Shown: positions 1 through 9,777, numbered from the stretch's first letter. The stretch is 64,000 bases of DNA from an uncultured cyanobacterium (GCA_963718615.1 OY970368.1:5856001-5920000), one strand, 5' to 3'. Translations and numbers: made by a program. The notes: a model not told the origin generated them from the letters alone.

Positions 1-510
1 CAGACCTTTGAACAGGTCGCGCCCTATGCCGCATCGCTGGAGTCGCCGCGATCGCTTCCCCTCCTCTCCACCCTCCGCCAAGTGGCCAAAAGCCTGGAGC
101 CTCGATTACAAGACCGAGGGCACCGTCTAGAGATTGACGGGGATAACGCCATAGAAATCTGTAGCCATGGAGGGGCGATCGCCCAAGTCTTGAGCAACCT
201 CATCCTCAACTCCCTACAGCACGCCTATCCAGCGGGACAATCTGGACAGATCACTGTCTCCGTGGAGTCTCTACCGGAGGCGTTACAAATTCGTTACGCG
301 GATGATGGCCAAGGCATTGCTCCCGAACATTTGGGGCGGATTTTTGAACCGTTTTTTACGACAGCGCGATCGCAAGGCGGCAGCGGCCTAGGATTATCGA
401 TTGTTTATAATCTGGTTACTCAAACCCTCCAAGGCACCCTTCGCTGTGACAGTACAGTTGGAGAGGGAACCACCTTCTGGATCACCCTGCCTATCCGTTT
501 GGTCCACTGA
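1..510 (+). CDS. Sensor histidine kinase, C-terminal HATPase_c domain (5' end outside window)
   Basis: Frame 1 is open from base 1. N box [11 protein letters not shown]1 DDGQGI, F box IFEPFFTT, G2 GGSGLGL, GEGTTF. Confidence 0.9.
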   Translation, partial: QTFEQVAPYAASLESPRSLPLLSTLRQVAKSLEPRLQDRGHRLEIDGDNAIEICSHGGAIAQVLSNLILNSLQHAYPAGQSGQITVSVESLPEALQIRYADDGQGIAPEHLGRIFEPFFTTARSQGGSGLGLSIVYNLVTQTLQGTLRCDSTVGEGTTFWITLPIRLVH

Positions 511-520
511 CCCTCTGTTT

Positions 521-1060
521 ATGCTCCCTTCCCCAATGCTCTCCATGCATTCCGACCTTTGGCCCGAGCCTGCTTTGGGTTCCCAACCCCAAAATCCCGA
601 CAGCCTTGGTGCCGATTCCGGCGAGGCTGCGCCGCCCTGGAAAGTCATGTTGGTGGATGATGATTTGCAAGTGCATCAAGTGACTAAGCTAGCCCTGCGG
701 CGCTTTCAGTTTGAAGGCCGACGGCTTTCGTTTCTGTCTGCCTATTCCGGTCAAGAAGCCATTGAGTTGCTCACCTCCCATCCGGATACGGCCCTGATTT
801 TGCTCGACATTGTGATGGAAACCAACGACGCTGGTTTACAGGTCATTGAGAAGATTCGCCAAGAAATTAAAAATCTCAAGATTCAGATTGTGGTTCGTAC
901 CGGACAACCTGGAGAAGCACCGGAAGAGTCTGTCGTCTTAAATTACGAAATCAATGACTACCGCACTAAACTGGAATTAACCCAGCAAAAACTCTTCACC
1001 ACCGTGATTACTAGTCTACGCGCCTACCGAACCCTGCAAGGACTCTGGGTCAACACCTGA
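521..1060 (+). CDS. Response regulator (receiver domain), probable partner of the upstream kinase
   Basis: WKVMLVDDD, LILLDIVME (phospho-Asp), RTGQPG, NDYRTK. ATG at 521, 10 nt after the kinase stop. Confidence 0.85.
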   Translation: MLPSPMLSMHSDLWPEPALGSQPQNPDSLGADSGEAAPPWKVMLVDDDLQVHQVTKLALRRFQFEGRRLSFLSAYSGQEAIELLTSHPDTALILLDIVMETNDAGLQVIEKIRQEIKNLKIQIVVRTGQPGEAPEESVVLNYEINDYRTKLELTQQKLFTTVITSLRAYRTLQGLWVNT

Positions 1061-1518
1061 ATTTCTAACGACAAGGCGTTGCTGAAGCTACAAAATGATG
1101 TTAATTTTGGTTTCAGATACGTCAATGGAATCTATTCGGGTTAGCCAGGTGACTTGCAAGGCTTCAATTCTGGGTGCTAAAAGCTACTCAAGTGAAGTCT
1201 GCATAAAGAGAAACAAAGGGCTAGCAGGATGAACAAGCCACGTGTTAACCTGAGCGATGGCTTGTGAGCCATGTTGACTCATCGATAAGATACGATTTAG
1301 GTTTTACAAACATTGCTTTTCAAAGTGAGCGATAAAAAACTGGCAGGCGCTCAGTTGGATGAAGTGCAAGAATCCTTTCAGCTTAATCGAGGATTTAGGA
1401 CAGGTAGACCCAGCCACGGGTGGTTTGGTCTGTCTCTTTCCGCAAGGTTCCGTGCAAAACGGAACATGTTTGTAATCGATTTTGAGTAAATTCCAAATCC
1501 ATACCGGGAGGATTGTCC

Positions 1519-2022
1519 GTGTCTATACGTCTTTATGTCGGCAATTTGCCAAAAGAGCTAGAGCGCCAAGAGTTAGAGGCCGTTTTTGCGGAAGCGGGGG
1601 ATTCAGTTTCCACGAAGCTGGTCACCGATCGCAAAACTGGCAAATGTCGCGGCTTTGGGTTCGTAACGGTCCCCACCGATGAAGAGGCAGATGCCATCAT
1701 CGAAAAGTTTAATGGCTACATGCTCAAGGATAGCGAGCTCAAAATTGAGAAGGCTTTACCCCGTGCTAAGGGTAAGGGCGAGGGCAATGAAGGGGGCAGC
1801 AGCAACAGCGGTGGTAGTGGTGGCAGTGGTGGCAGTGGTGGCGGCGGTGGCGGCGGTGGCGGTGCCCGTCGTCGTTCCGGTGGCGCTGGCAACAGCAACA
1901 ATAAAGGCTCTCGTGGGGCTCGTGTCATTTCCTCCGGTGGACCCGAAGGATTTCAGCCTGATCCGCGTTGGGCAGGTGATCTAGCTAAGCTCAAGGAAAT
2001 GTTAGCTGCGCAGAATTCCTAA
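1519..2022 (+). CDS. RRM RNA-binding protein, Rbp3/RbpG-like long class
   Basis: RNP2 LYVGNL, RNP1 RGFGFV, Gly-rich linker, conserved C-terminal QPDPRWA..L.KLKEML. GTG start after GGAGG. Confidence 0.9.
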   Translation: MSIRLYVGNLPKELERQELEAVFAEAGDSVSTKLVTDRKTGKCRGFGFVTVPTDEEADAIIEKFNGYMLKDSELKIEKALPRAKGKGEGNEGGSSNSGGSGGSGGSGGGGGGGGGARRRSGGAGNSNNKGSRGARVISSGGPEGFQPDPRWAGDLAKLKEMLAAQNS

Positions 2023-2059
2023 AGAATTGCCTGACATTATCCCTGAAATCATCAAACAG

Positions 2060-2091
2060 AAGCCTCCATGCAATCCGATGGAGGCTTTTTT
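2060..2091 (+). terminator. Rho-independent terminator after the rbp gene, possibly bidirectional with crtB
   Basis: Stem AAGCCTCCAT / ATGGAGGCTT followed by a T-run, between convergent genes. Confidence 0.8.
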
Positions 2092-2147
2092 ATCAGGGCT
2101 TTGCAAGCGCTAGGCAAGGGCGGAGAGCCTTAACCTTCTAGGCCTCT

Positions 2148-3080
2148 CTAGGAAACATTTGCCCGGAGCCAAGCAACCGGCAGGCTGACCATTTTTCGCG
2201 CATTGGACACATAGGCCCGCTGGGAAAACACATCGTAGTCATTGGCTTCGATCGCATCCAAAATCTGACTGTAAACCAAGAGCGAGGACCAAACGGGCCA
2301 GCGGGCGTTGCGACTCAGGGCACGAATACCGCGCTCCGCTTCGGTGTAATACTTGCGTGCCCGCTGGATCTGAAACCGCATGAGCGATCGCCAACGGTCA
2401 TCTACGACACCCCGCATCAAATCTTCTTCGGTATAGTTAAACAGGGCCAAATCTTCTAACGGTAAATAAATGCGGCCCCGGCGGGCATCTTCACCTACGT
2501 CCCGCAGGATGTTCGTCAATTGGTTGGCAATGCCGAGGGCGATCGCTTCATCAATCGGTCCCGTCTCGCTCAAAGCCTGCTGCGGATTCCAAGGCGTCGG
2601 CGCAGGCGGTTCCACCCCCATTACCACCGTAGACATTAAGCCCACCGTCCCAGCCACGCGGTAGCAGTAGAGCCAAAGGTCTTCAAAGCTTTCGTAGCGG
2701 TTACGCACCAGGTCCATGCGCTGCCCCTCGATCATGTCGCGGAAGGGCTGGATATCCAGGGGAAAACGCTCTAGGGTATCGACCAAGGCAACATCTTCGT
2801 CATCAATGGCATGACCGGCAAAATTTGCTTCCAACTGGTGTTCCCACTTGTCTAGGGTGTCCAGGGTTGTAAATTTGGCACCGGGACCATCGACCAATTC
2901 ATCTGTGCGACGACACCAGACATAGATAGCCCAGATCGCCTGACGCTTTTCCTCTGGCATGAGGAGTGTGGCGAGGTAAAACGACTTGGAATATTCAGCC
3001 GTCACCTGCCGACAAGCTTCATAGGCCTCTTCAAGCGAGACCAAGGTTTCCGTACATGGCGTTTCAGTCAGTTGGAGCAT
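2148..3080 (-). CDS. crtB: Phytoene synthase
   Basis: YSKSFYL, WCRRTDELVD, YCYRVAGTVG, LGIANQLTNILRDVGEDARRGRIYLP motifs. Confidence 0.96.
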   Translation of the reverse strand: MLQLTETPCTETLVSLEEAYEACRQVTAEYSKSFYLATLLMPEEKRQAIWAIYVWCRRTDELVDGPGAKFTTLDTLDKWEHQLEANFAGHAIDDEDVALVDTLERFPLDIQPFRDMIEGQRMDLVRNRYESFEDLWLYCYRVAGTVGLMSTVVMGVEPPAPTPWNPQQALSETGPIDEAIALGIANQLTNILRDVGEDARRGRIYLPLEDLALFNYTEEDLMRGVVDDRWRSLMRFQIQRARKYYTEAERGIRALSRNARWPVWSSLLVYSQILDAIEANDYDVFSQRAYVSNARKMVSLPVAWLRANVS

Positions 3081-3265
3081 TCGAGACAGACGATGGATAG
3101 GTCACTGTTCCAATCTGCATACGATGAACCCAACAGGCGTCAAACCTAAAGGCACCGCAGAGCGTGGAAATACCCGCGAAGGGAGTAGCACCACAAACCA
3201 AAACGCAGGAGCGCCCACAGCTTATGAGAAGGCTCCGGGGTCCAATCAGCCTTTGCCACACCGCC

Positions 3266-3362
3266 TTAATCGCAAAGGATAGAATAGCATTTGGCGATCG
3301 CCTGCGCTGTCAGCTTACCAGAAACCCAACCGCCTCCTCTCATTCCCTTCAGGGATGCTGGC
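3266..3362 (-). pseudogene. crtP: Decayed 3' remnant of cyanobacterial phytoene desaturase crtP (pds)
   Basis: Minus strand 3322-3293 reads SGKLTAQAIA exactly, preceded by indel-broken GCC AGC AT.. GAA GGG .. GCG GTT (A-S-M-E-G-A-V). This matches the CrtP C-terminus ASMEGAVLSGKLTAQAI and sits directly upstream of crtB, where crtP normally lies. Confidence 0.7.
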
Positions 3363-3535
3363 ATCTGAGGGAAATCGATGGTTGTGCAATGCAAAATGCC
3401 CGAGAGGCGGATTTTACAATCACTCCCAAGACCGATCTAAGACTGAGTTTTCGGATCCCTGTGACTTCGCTAACATGGTTCATTATACTTTGCATTTTGT
3501 AACATTCTGCGTTTTAGCAGATGGGGAAATCTGAG

Positions 3536-5044
3536 ATGAACATTATCGTGATCGGCAGCGGGTTTGGCGGACTAGCAGCAGCAAACCGTCTGCAAGCCCA
3601 AGGCCATCGGGTGCAGATTCTGGAAAAGCGGGATAGGGCGGGGGGGCGTGCCTACGTTTATGAGCAGGATGGTTTTAAGTTTGATGGGGGACCGACGATT
3701 ATTACGGCTCCCTACATCATTGACGACATCTTCAAGGCAGCGGGGAAACAGCGGCAGGACTATGTCCAACTGCAAAAGTTGGATCCCTTCTACAACATTC
3801 GCTTCCCCGACGGATCGGTGTTTCACTATGTCGATCGCGAAGAAGATTTAATCGATCAGATTAAAAAATTCAATGCTGCGGACCTGCCGGGCTACTACAA
3901 ACTCAAGAAAAAAGCCCAGGAAACCTACGAAAAGGCCATGCCGCTGATCGACAAGCCCTTTATCAAGCTAGGCGAAATGATGAAGGCGGCCCCGGATATG
4001 ATCAAGGTTCAGGCCTATCGTTCCGTCGCAGGCATCGTCAATAGCTACATCAAGGACGAGCGGCTGCGGCAAATTTTTAGTTTTCACCCCCTGTTTTTAG
4101 GGGGAAATCCCTTCCAGAGCAGCGCCATGTACACGATGATCCATCGCCTAGAGCAGGAGATGGGGGTGTGGTTCGCCATGGGGGGCACTGGGGCCTTAGT
4201 TCAGGGATTTGTGAAGCTGTTTGAAGACCAGGGGGGCGAGATTCGCTACAACTGCGAAGTGGATCAAATTCTCATGAACGAGGCCACGGGTAAAGCGCGG
4301 GGGGTGCGTCTGGCTAATGGCGAGGAACTGGCGGCGGATATCGTGGTTTGCAATGGGGAAATTGGCAATGCCTACCTGAACCTGGTGCCCAAGCAGTTCC
4401 GCAAGCGCAATACGGATCGTCGTGTAAAGGGCTTCAAATATTCCATGGGGGTGTTTGTTCTCTACTTCGGCACGGACCGCCAGTATGACAACATGGCCCA
4501 CCACGAAATCATCATGGGGCCGCGCTACAAGGAACTCCTGACGGATATCTTTAGCAAGAAACATCTGGCGGATGATTTTTCGCTGTATTTGCACCGGCCT
4601 ACGGCGACGGACCCGTCCATGGCTCCGGCGGGCTGTGACTGCTGGTATGCCCTAGCGCCGGTTCCCAACCTCCAGGCGGATGTGGACTGGACGACGAAGG
4701 CCAAGGACTATCGTGATGTCATCGTCAAGTTCTTGGAGGAGCGCTATATGCCGGATTTGTCGAAGCATATTATTTCCGAATACTCGATCGACCCGCTCCA
4801 TTTCCAGAATGTGCTGAATAGCTATCAGGGCAGCGCCTTTGCGATTGAACCGACGCTCACCCAATCGGCCTGGTTCCGCTTCCACAACCGCAGCGAAGAC
4901 ATCGACAATCTCTACTTTGTCGGGGCAGGTACCCATCCAGGGGCAGGGGTTCCGGGGGTTCTGAGCTCGGGCAAGATTGTGGCTGACATGATTGGCACGG
5001 CCCCCAAAACGGCTACGGCAGAACCCACGTTAGTGAGCGCATAA
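3536..5044 (+). CDS. crtI: Bacterial-type (CrtI) phytoene desaturase
   Basis: GSGFGGLAAA FAD motif, GGRAYVYEQDGFKFDGGPTIITAP, DDFSLYLHRPTATDPSMAP, C-terminal QSAWFR.HN...NLYFVGAGTHPGAGVPGV signature. Alternative start 3521. Confidence 0.85.
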   Translation: MNIIVIGSGFGGLAAANRLQAQGHRVQILEKRDRAGGRAYVYEQDGFKFDGGPTIITAPYIIDDIFKAAGKQRQDYVQLQKLDPFYNIRFPDGSVFHYVDREEDLIDQIKKFNAADLPGYYKLKKKAQETYEKAMPLIDKPFIKLGEMMKAAPDMIKVQAYRSVAGIVNSYIKDERLRQIFSFHPLFLGGNPFQSSAMYTMIHRLEQEMGVWFAMGGTGALVQGFVKLFEDQGGEIRYNCEVDQILMNEATGKARGVRLANGEELAADIVVCNGEIGNAYLNLVPKQFRKRNTDRRVKGFKYSMGVFVLYFGTDRQYDNMAHHEIIMGPRYKELLTDIFSKKHLADDFSLYLHRPTATDPSMAPAGCDCWYALAPVPNLQADVDWTTKAKDYRDVIVKFLEERYMPDLSKHIISEYSIDPLHFQNVLNSYQGSAFAIEPTLTQSAWFRFHNRSEDIDNLYFVGAGTHPGAGVPGVLSSGKIVADMIGTAPKTATAEPTLVSA

Positions 5045-5049
5045 AGTCT

Positions 5050-5132
5050 GTAGGTTGGCGTTGAGCGCAGCGAAACCCAACGGCATTGAGCCTAGACAGG
5101 GCTGTTGGGTTTCATGCTTCAACCCAACCTAC
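5050..5132. repeat. REP-like inverted-repeat element (GTAGGTTGG...CCAACCTAC), copy 1
   Basis: GTAGGTTGGCGTTGAGCGCAGCGAAACCCAAC ... GTTGGGTTTCATGCTTCAACCCAACCTAC between convergent genes; homologous copy at 28486. Confidence 0.85.
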
Positions 5133-5151
5133 GGGATTCATGACACTCTTG

Positions 5152-6708
5152 TTACATCGATCTCATAATTTTGGGCTTGAAGGCGATTCCCGCTGCTGGG
5201 GCTGCGCTCAGGCGGTTGAGGGCAATTTGCTGGTAACGGCGGGACAATTCGTTTTGTCCTGTAAGTTTTGCCCAGTCCGCGAACCAGGTGGAGTAGGTCG
5301 CAGCATTGGGCAGTTGTACAATCACCTGCTCCGAACTCTGCTGAATTTCCTGCCACACCTGGGGCTGGCTGAGGTATTCTCGCTGGTTGCCTTGGTGGTT
5401 GGCGATCGCCCCATGGATCACCGGCAACAGCATCGGCAAGGCACTATCACGGGGAGCCTCAGCCTGGGCCGCGCGCAAAAACTGGAGCGCCGCTTGGCCA
5501 CTGCCCGTTTTATCCTGGGCGACCAAGTAGGACGCTTTTTCCAAATGGGCTTGGAATGAGTGGGGCCAAACCTGATTGACCGCTTGAAATGCGGCTTCAA
5601 TCGTCTGGTTCCGTTGGGCACTGCCCAGCTTCGGGGCCTCTTTAGCTGGGGTACTGCCCTCCGGTACGACTCCCATTTTGGCCAACCGTAGCTTAGACAT
5701 TAGGGCCGCTGGATTTTTGGCATCAAGGGAAATCGCGATTTGGGTGTCGGTGAGACTGGTGGCTTCGAGGCGATCGCGATCCGCCTGGGTCGGAGGACAA
5801 TGCTTTCGCTGTTGCCCAGGGGTCAGCGCAACATCCTGCCAGAGGGACGCTTGGGTGAAATAGGCTCGCGTGGTATAAGCCATACTGCTACGCGGCGACT
5901 CGGTAACCCAATCGTTGAGCTTAGCCATCAGTTGCTTTGTCAACACAGCATCATCACTAGAAGCCGCATTCACCAAAACCGCATCGGCATAATCTAGGCC
6001 CTCGGGGGTCAATTGACGGGTTTGGGTGACCTGATTCAGAAACGCTTCTGCTTGTTTAAACTGGCCCTGCTGAATCCAGGACCGCAGTTGGTGAGCAGCA
6101 TTGTCCAGACTCTCGGGGGATGACTGGGCAGCGGAGTCTGCCGCAGGGTCTGAAAGCACATGGTAGCGATTTTGCACCACCGCAATATACTGCTCTTCAG
6201 CCCGCTTTAGCCCTGCCTGATAGATAGCCAGCTTGGTTTGGGCGTTGAGGTATTGCGGAGAATTCGGCTCGATTTCGCTGAGGAAATTAATGGCGGATTG
6301 CCATTGGCTGATGATCTGGTTCCAGTCGGTGTTGGTGATGGCGGATTGTTCGGCGATCGCCGCACTATGGGCCGCTGAAACCCCTGCATCCCAATACTTT
6401 TGCTGTCGCTTGAGCTGTTGCTCAGACCACTGAATTTTGGGGGCAGCCGTAACTGTATCGGGACTGCTTTCAGGCAGATTGACTTCCGGCACCGCAGATG
6501 GCACTGGAATTGCAGGAGCCCCGGTTCGGGCAGTGCGAGATCGGGCTTTTGTTTCGGAGCCCGCTGCATCGTTTATGGAGGAAGGTTTTGAGAACGATTC
6601 CGAGGACAAATGATCTTGGGTCAGCGACCAAGCCACCTTGGCGCAGCCGAGACCCGCCGTTGCCAGGACACAGGAGAGTGTCGTCAAAGAGAGGCTCTTA
6701 GACGTCAT
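5152..6708 (-). CDS. Exported helical-repeat hypothetical protein, possibly DUF4034-like C-terminal part
   Basis: N-terminal hydrophobic segment, Pro-rich linker, cyanobacterial helical module (DWNQIISQWQSAINFL..I.PNSPQY..AQ.K), LNDW....PRSS.AY..RA motif. Confidence 0.6.
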   Translation of the reverse strand: MTSKSLSLTTLSCVLATAGLGCAKVAWSLTQDHLSSESFSKPSSINDAAGSETKARSRTARTGAPAIPVPSAVPEVNLPESSPDTVTAAPKIQWSEQQLKRQQKYWDAGVSAAHSAAIAEQSAITNTDWNQIISQWQSAINFLSEIEPNSPQYLNAQTKLAIYQAGLKRAEEQYIAVVQNRYHVLSDPAADSAAQSSPESLDNAAHQLRSWIQQGQFKQAEAFLNQVTQTRQLTPEGLDYADAVLVNAASSDDAVLTKQLMAKLNDWVTESPRSSMAYTTRAYFTQASLWQDVALTPGQQRKHCPPTQADRDRLEATSLTDTQIAISLDAKNPAALMSKLRLAKMGVVPEGSTPAKEAPKLGSAQRNQTIEAAFQAVNQVWPHSFQAHLEKASYLVAQDKTGSGQAALQFLRAAQAEAPRDSALPMLLPVIHGAIANHQGNQREYLSQPQVWQEIQQSSEQVIVQLPNAATYSTWFADWAKLTGQNELSRRYQQIALNRLSAAPAAGIAFKPKIMRSM

Positions 6709-6949
6709 GGGGCGAATACCAATTTTGCTGAAAGACGGGCCGCTCTTCGAGATGGGGTTTCGGGATGGGGTAGTGCAGGGGAGAGGTGCTCAAGGCTCTC
6801 CGCAGCGGCTATAAGCTTAGACTTCCCGAAAAAATTGCAGGAAAAACGCTTGCGACAAAGGGGTACCCCGATAGGGCAAAGTTGATTGGGGCTGACAGCC
6901 CGATCCATAATGACAGGGCACCGCATTCGTCAGGACCATCGCTCCCGTA

Positions 6950-7582
6950 ATGAGTCTCGCCAGCGACCTCTGGAATCAGCATCAATCCCTCGCCCAAGCC
7001 TGTCTACACCACCCTTTTGTCCAAGGGATTGCCGACGGTACCCTGCCCAAGGCCAAATTTGCCTACTACGTTGGTCAAGACGCCTTCTTCCTTGATGCCT
7101 TCGCCCGTGCCTACAGCATTTGCGCCGCCAAGGCTCCAACCCTAGAGAGTTTTCAACTTTTTCATCAACTGGCAGGCGGAGTGCTCGAAGAACGCCAACT
7201 CCACTACCACTATGCCAAAGCTTGGGGCGTAGATCTCACCCAGGTGAGTCCCGGCATCACCACCCGTCGCTACGTCGATTTCCTCAGTGCCTCCGCCTGG
7301 AGCCAAGCCATTGGCCTAACCGCAACTGCCATGGCCCCTTGTATGCGGCTCTATGCCTATCTGGGCCAAGCCCTGACGACAGACGGTATTCCTGACCATG
7401 GCTATCGCGATTGGCTCACCACCTATCGCGAACCCCTATTTGAAGATTTGGCCCAGCAGCTCGAACATTTGTTGGATCAGTATGCCGCACCTTGGGATGG
7501 CGATCGCCTACAAGCCACCTACGGGTACGCTATGCAATGCGAGCTCGACTTCTTCCAAGCCGCCTGGGAGGCCCATCCATGA
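6950..7582 (+). CDS. tenA: TenA family thiaminase II / aminopyrimidine aminohydrolase
   Basis: HPFVQGIADGTL, YVGQDAFFL, MAPCMRLY (Cys), YRDWL.TY, ELDFF. Confidence 0.88.
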   Translation: MSLASDLWNQHQSLAQACLHHPFVQGIADGTLPKAKFAYYVGQDAFFLDAFARAYSICAAKAPTLESFQLFHQLAGGVLEERQLHYHYAKAWGVDLTQVSPGITTRRYVDFLSASAWSQAIGLTATAMAPCMRLYAYLGQALTTDGIPDHGYRDWLTTYREPLFEDLAQQLEHLLDQYAAPWDGDRLQATYGYAMQCELDFFQAAWEAHP

Positions 7583-8937
7583 CAGTTCCCCGCACCGTTT
7601 GCCTTGGCTTTCTAGGCGTGATTGCTGTGGGAACCTTGCTCTTGTTGCTACCGTTCTCCACCCTTGAAGCGGGCTGGGATCTCAGCGTCAATCCTCTTTT
7701 TACGGCAACATCCGCAGTCTGCGTGACAGGCCTCTCCGTCGTCGATGTTAGCCATTACTACAGCGGCATAGGACAATTCATCATCATGTTCCTGGCCCAG
7801 GTCGGTGGCTTGGGGTACATGACCGCAACCACCTTTTTGATTTTGATTCTGGGTCAGCGGTTCCGGCTGCGCGAAAAAATTGCCATTCAAAAAACCCTCG
7901 ATGCCCCTGGCATCAACGGCTCTAAACAGCTCATTCTTTCGATTATTAGTCTCACGGCACTGTTTGAGCTGACTGGGACTTTTTTGCTGATGGTGCAGTT
8001 TGTACCGGAATTTGGCTGGCAGCAAGGCATTTGGTTCTCCCTATTTCATAGCATTAGCGCCTTTAACAACGCCGGGTTCAGCCTCTTTTCCGATAGCCTA
8101 GTGGGCTATGCCCAATCCCCTTATCTCATCGGTGTCATCAGCATCTTGATCATTGCCGGAGGAATTGGTTACCAAGCTACGATGGAAGGATTTTTAGTCT
8201 TGCGAGACATATTCGGCAGGCTGCGCGCCAAAAACCTCACCAATCCACCGGGTCGATTTTGGGTTTCGCTTAACTTTAAAGTCGCGACCACGACCACCTG
8301 GGTTTTGCTGGTGGGTGGAACCCTGGCCTTCTTCGCCACAGAATTTGGGAATGCGGACACCTTAGGCGAGCTGAACTTTGGCCAGAAACTGCTGTCGGCT
8401 TGGTTTCAGTCGGTCACCACTCGGACGGCGGGCTTCAATAGCATCGACATTGGCGAAATGACCACAGCGGGTCTGTTTATTACGATCGCCCTAATGTTCA
8501 TTGGAGCCAGCCCCGGCGGCACGGGCGGCGGCGTCAAGACCACCACCATTCGCATTTTGGCAGGCTGTACCGCAGCGGTGTTGCGGGGAAAAGAGGAAGT
8601 CATTTGTTTCGATCGCCGTCTACCCACCGATGTGATTCTCAAGGCCGTGGGGGTGGTGTTTGGTTCGCTGATGACCGTAATCATTGTGACCATCTTGCTC
8701 TCCTGGACCGAACCTGATTTGCCCTTCATTGGCCTCTTTTTTGAAGCGGTGTCGGCCTTCGCCACGGTCGGCCTTTCGGCGAATCTGACCACCAGTCTGT
8801 CGTTGATGAGCAAGCTGATTATCATTGTGACGATGTACGTCGGACGGGTGGGGGTTTTGCTGATGATGTCGGCGATTTTGGGCGACCCAGAACCCAGCCA
8901 GATTCGCTACCCTGAAGATGAGCTTCTAGTCGGTTAA
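7579..8937 (+). CDS. ktrB: Ktr/Trk potassium uptake membrane subunit
   Basis: FTATSAVCVTGL, SAFNNAGF, TRTAGFN, SPGGTGGGVK, SAFATVGLS P-loops. ATG overlaps the tenA stop (ATGA). Confidence 0.92.
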   Translation: MTVPRTVCLGFLGVIAVGTLLLLLPFSTLEAGWDLSVNPLFTATSAVCVTGLSVVDVSHYYSGIGQFIIMFLAQVGGLGYMTATTFLILILGQRFRLREKIAIQKTLDAPGINGSKQLILSIISLTALFELTGTFLLMVQFVPEFGWQQGIWFSLFHSISAFNNAGFSLFSDSLVGYAQSPYLIGVISILIIAGGIGYQATMEGFLVLRDIFGRLRAKNLTNPPGRFWVSLNFKVATTTTWVLLVGGTLAFFATEFGNADTLGELNFGQKLLSAWFQSVTTRTAGFNSIDIGEMTTAGLFITIALMFIGASPGGTGGGVKTTTIRILAGCTAAVLRGKEEVICFDRRLPTDVILKAVGVVFGSLMTVIIVTILLSWTEPDLPFIGLFFEAVSAFATVGLSANLTTSLSLMSKLIIIVTMYVGRVGVLLMMSAILGDPEPSQIRYPEDELLVG

Positions 8938-9071
8938 TCGGTGGGTGAATCAGTGGCTCTAGCCTTCGCTACAAACTCGGATGCACACTTAGGTTCAAAC
9001 TCAGGTTCAAGCCATCGCTGAATCGCGTTAGCCATGGGGTAGGATTTTGATCACACTGAGGATTAACAATT

Positions 9072-9767
9072 GTGAATCTTCCCTCCCTCAACCTGCTGCG
9101 CAATCTCAAAAACGACAATCGGCAGTTCGCTGTCATTGGCTTAGGTCGTTTTGGGCGATCGGTTTGTAGCACCTTACACAAGATGGGCTACGACGTTTTG
9201 GGGCTCGACAGCAACGAAAAACTCGTGGCCCAGGCCATGGCCGAACAGATGACCGCCCACGCCATTCAGCTCGACTCCACCGAACCCATGGCCCTGCGCG
9301 AAGCCGGGGTGTTTGAGTTTGATACGGTGATTGTCGCCATCGGGAATTACATTCAAGAGAGCATTATCACGACACTCAATGTCAAAGAAGGGGGGGTGCC
9401 CTACGTGGTCGCCAAAGCCTCCAATGATATTCATGGCAAACTGCTGCAAAAGGTGGGGGCCGATCGCGTGGTCTTTCCCGAGTACGACATGGGGTGCAAC
9501 TTGGCGCGATCGCTCACCCGTCCCAATATCCTCGAACGCTTTATCCTCGACCCGGAACACAGCATCGTTGAGACCGCCGTTCCCAGCGAATTTGATGGCA
9601 AAACCATCGCCGAACTCAATTTGCGCGCTCGGTTTGGGCTCAATCTTCTAGCCGTGGGCGATGAGCAAAAGTTTGAAATCAACCCTGAACCCGGTCGGCG
9701 GCTGCACAAGGGCCAGATCATGGTGGTGATTGGAGACAATAACGCGATCGATCGACTGGTGAAATGA
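9072..9767 (+). CDS. ktrA: Ktr/Trk NAD-binding regulatory subunit
   Basis: [13 protein letters not shown] Rossmann motif, [13 protein letters not shown] domain. Confidence 0.92.
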   Translation: MNLPSLNLLRNLKNDNRQFAVIGLGRFGRSVCSTLHKMGYDVLGLDSNEKLVAQAMAEQMTAHAIQLDSTEPMALREAGVFEFDTVIVAIGNYIQESIITTLNVKEGGVPYVVAKASNDIHGKLLQKVGADRVVFPEYDMGCNLARSLTRPNILERFILDPEHSIVETAVPSEFDGKTIAELNLRARFGLNLLAVGDEQKFEINPEPGRRLHKGQIMVVIGDNNAIDRLVK

Positions 9768-9777
9768 GGACTCCCAC

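Noticed and set aside
3536-5044. Ordinary cyanobacterial CrtH, CrtD or CrtO
   Set aside because: The motifs (GGRAYVY..DGF.FD.GPT.ITAP, SLYLHRPT.TD, QSAWFR.HN, GAGTHPGAG.PGV) fit CrtI better. A phylogeny is still needed.
6710-6949. TPP riboswitch upstream of tenA
   Set aside because: No CTGAGA, ACCTGA or AGGGA core in the expected arrangement.
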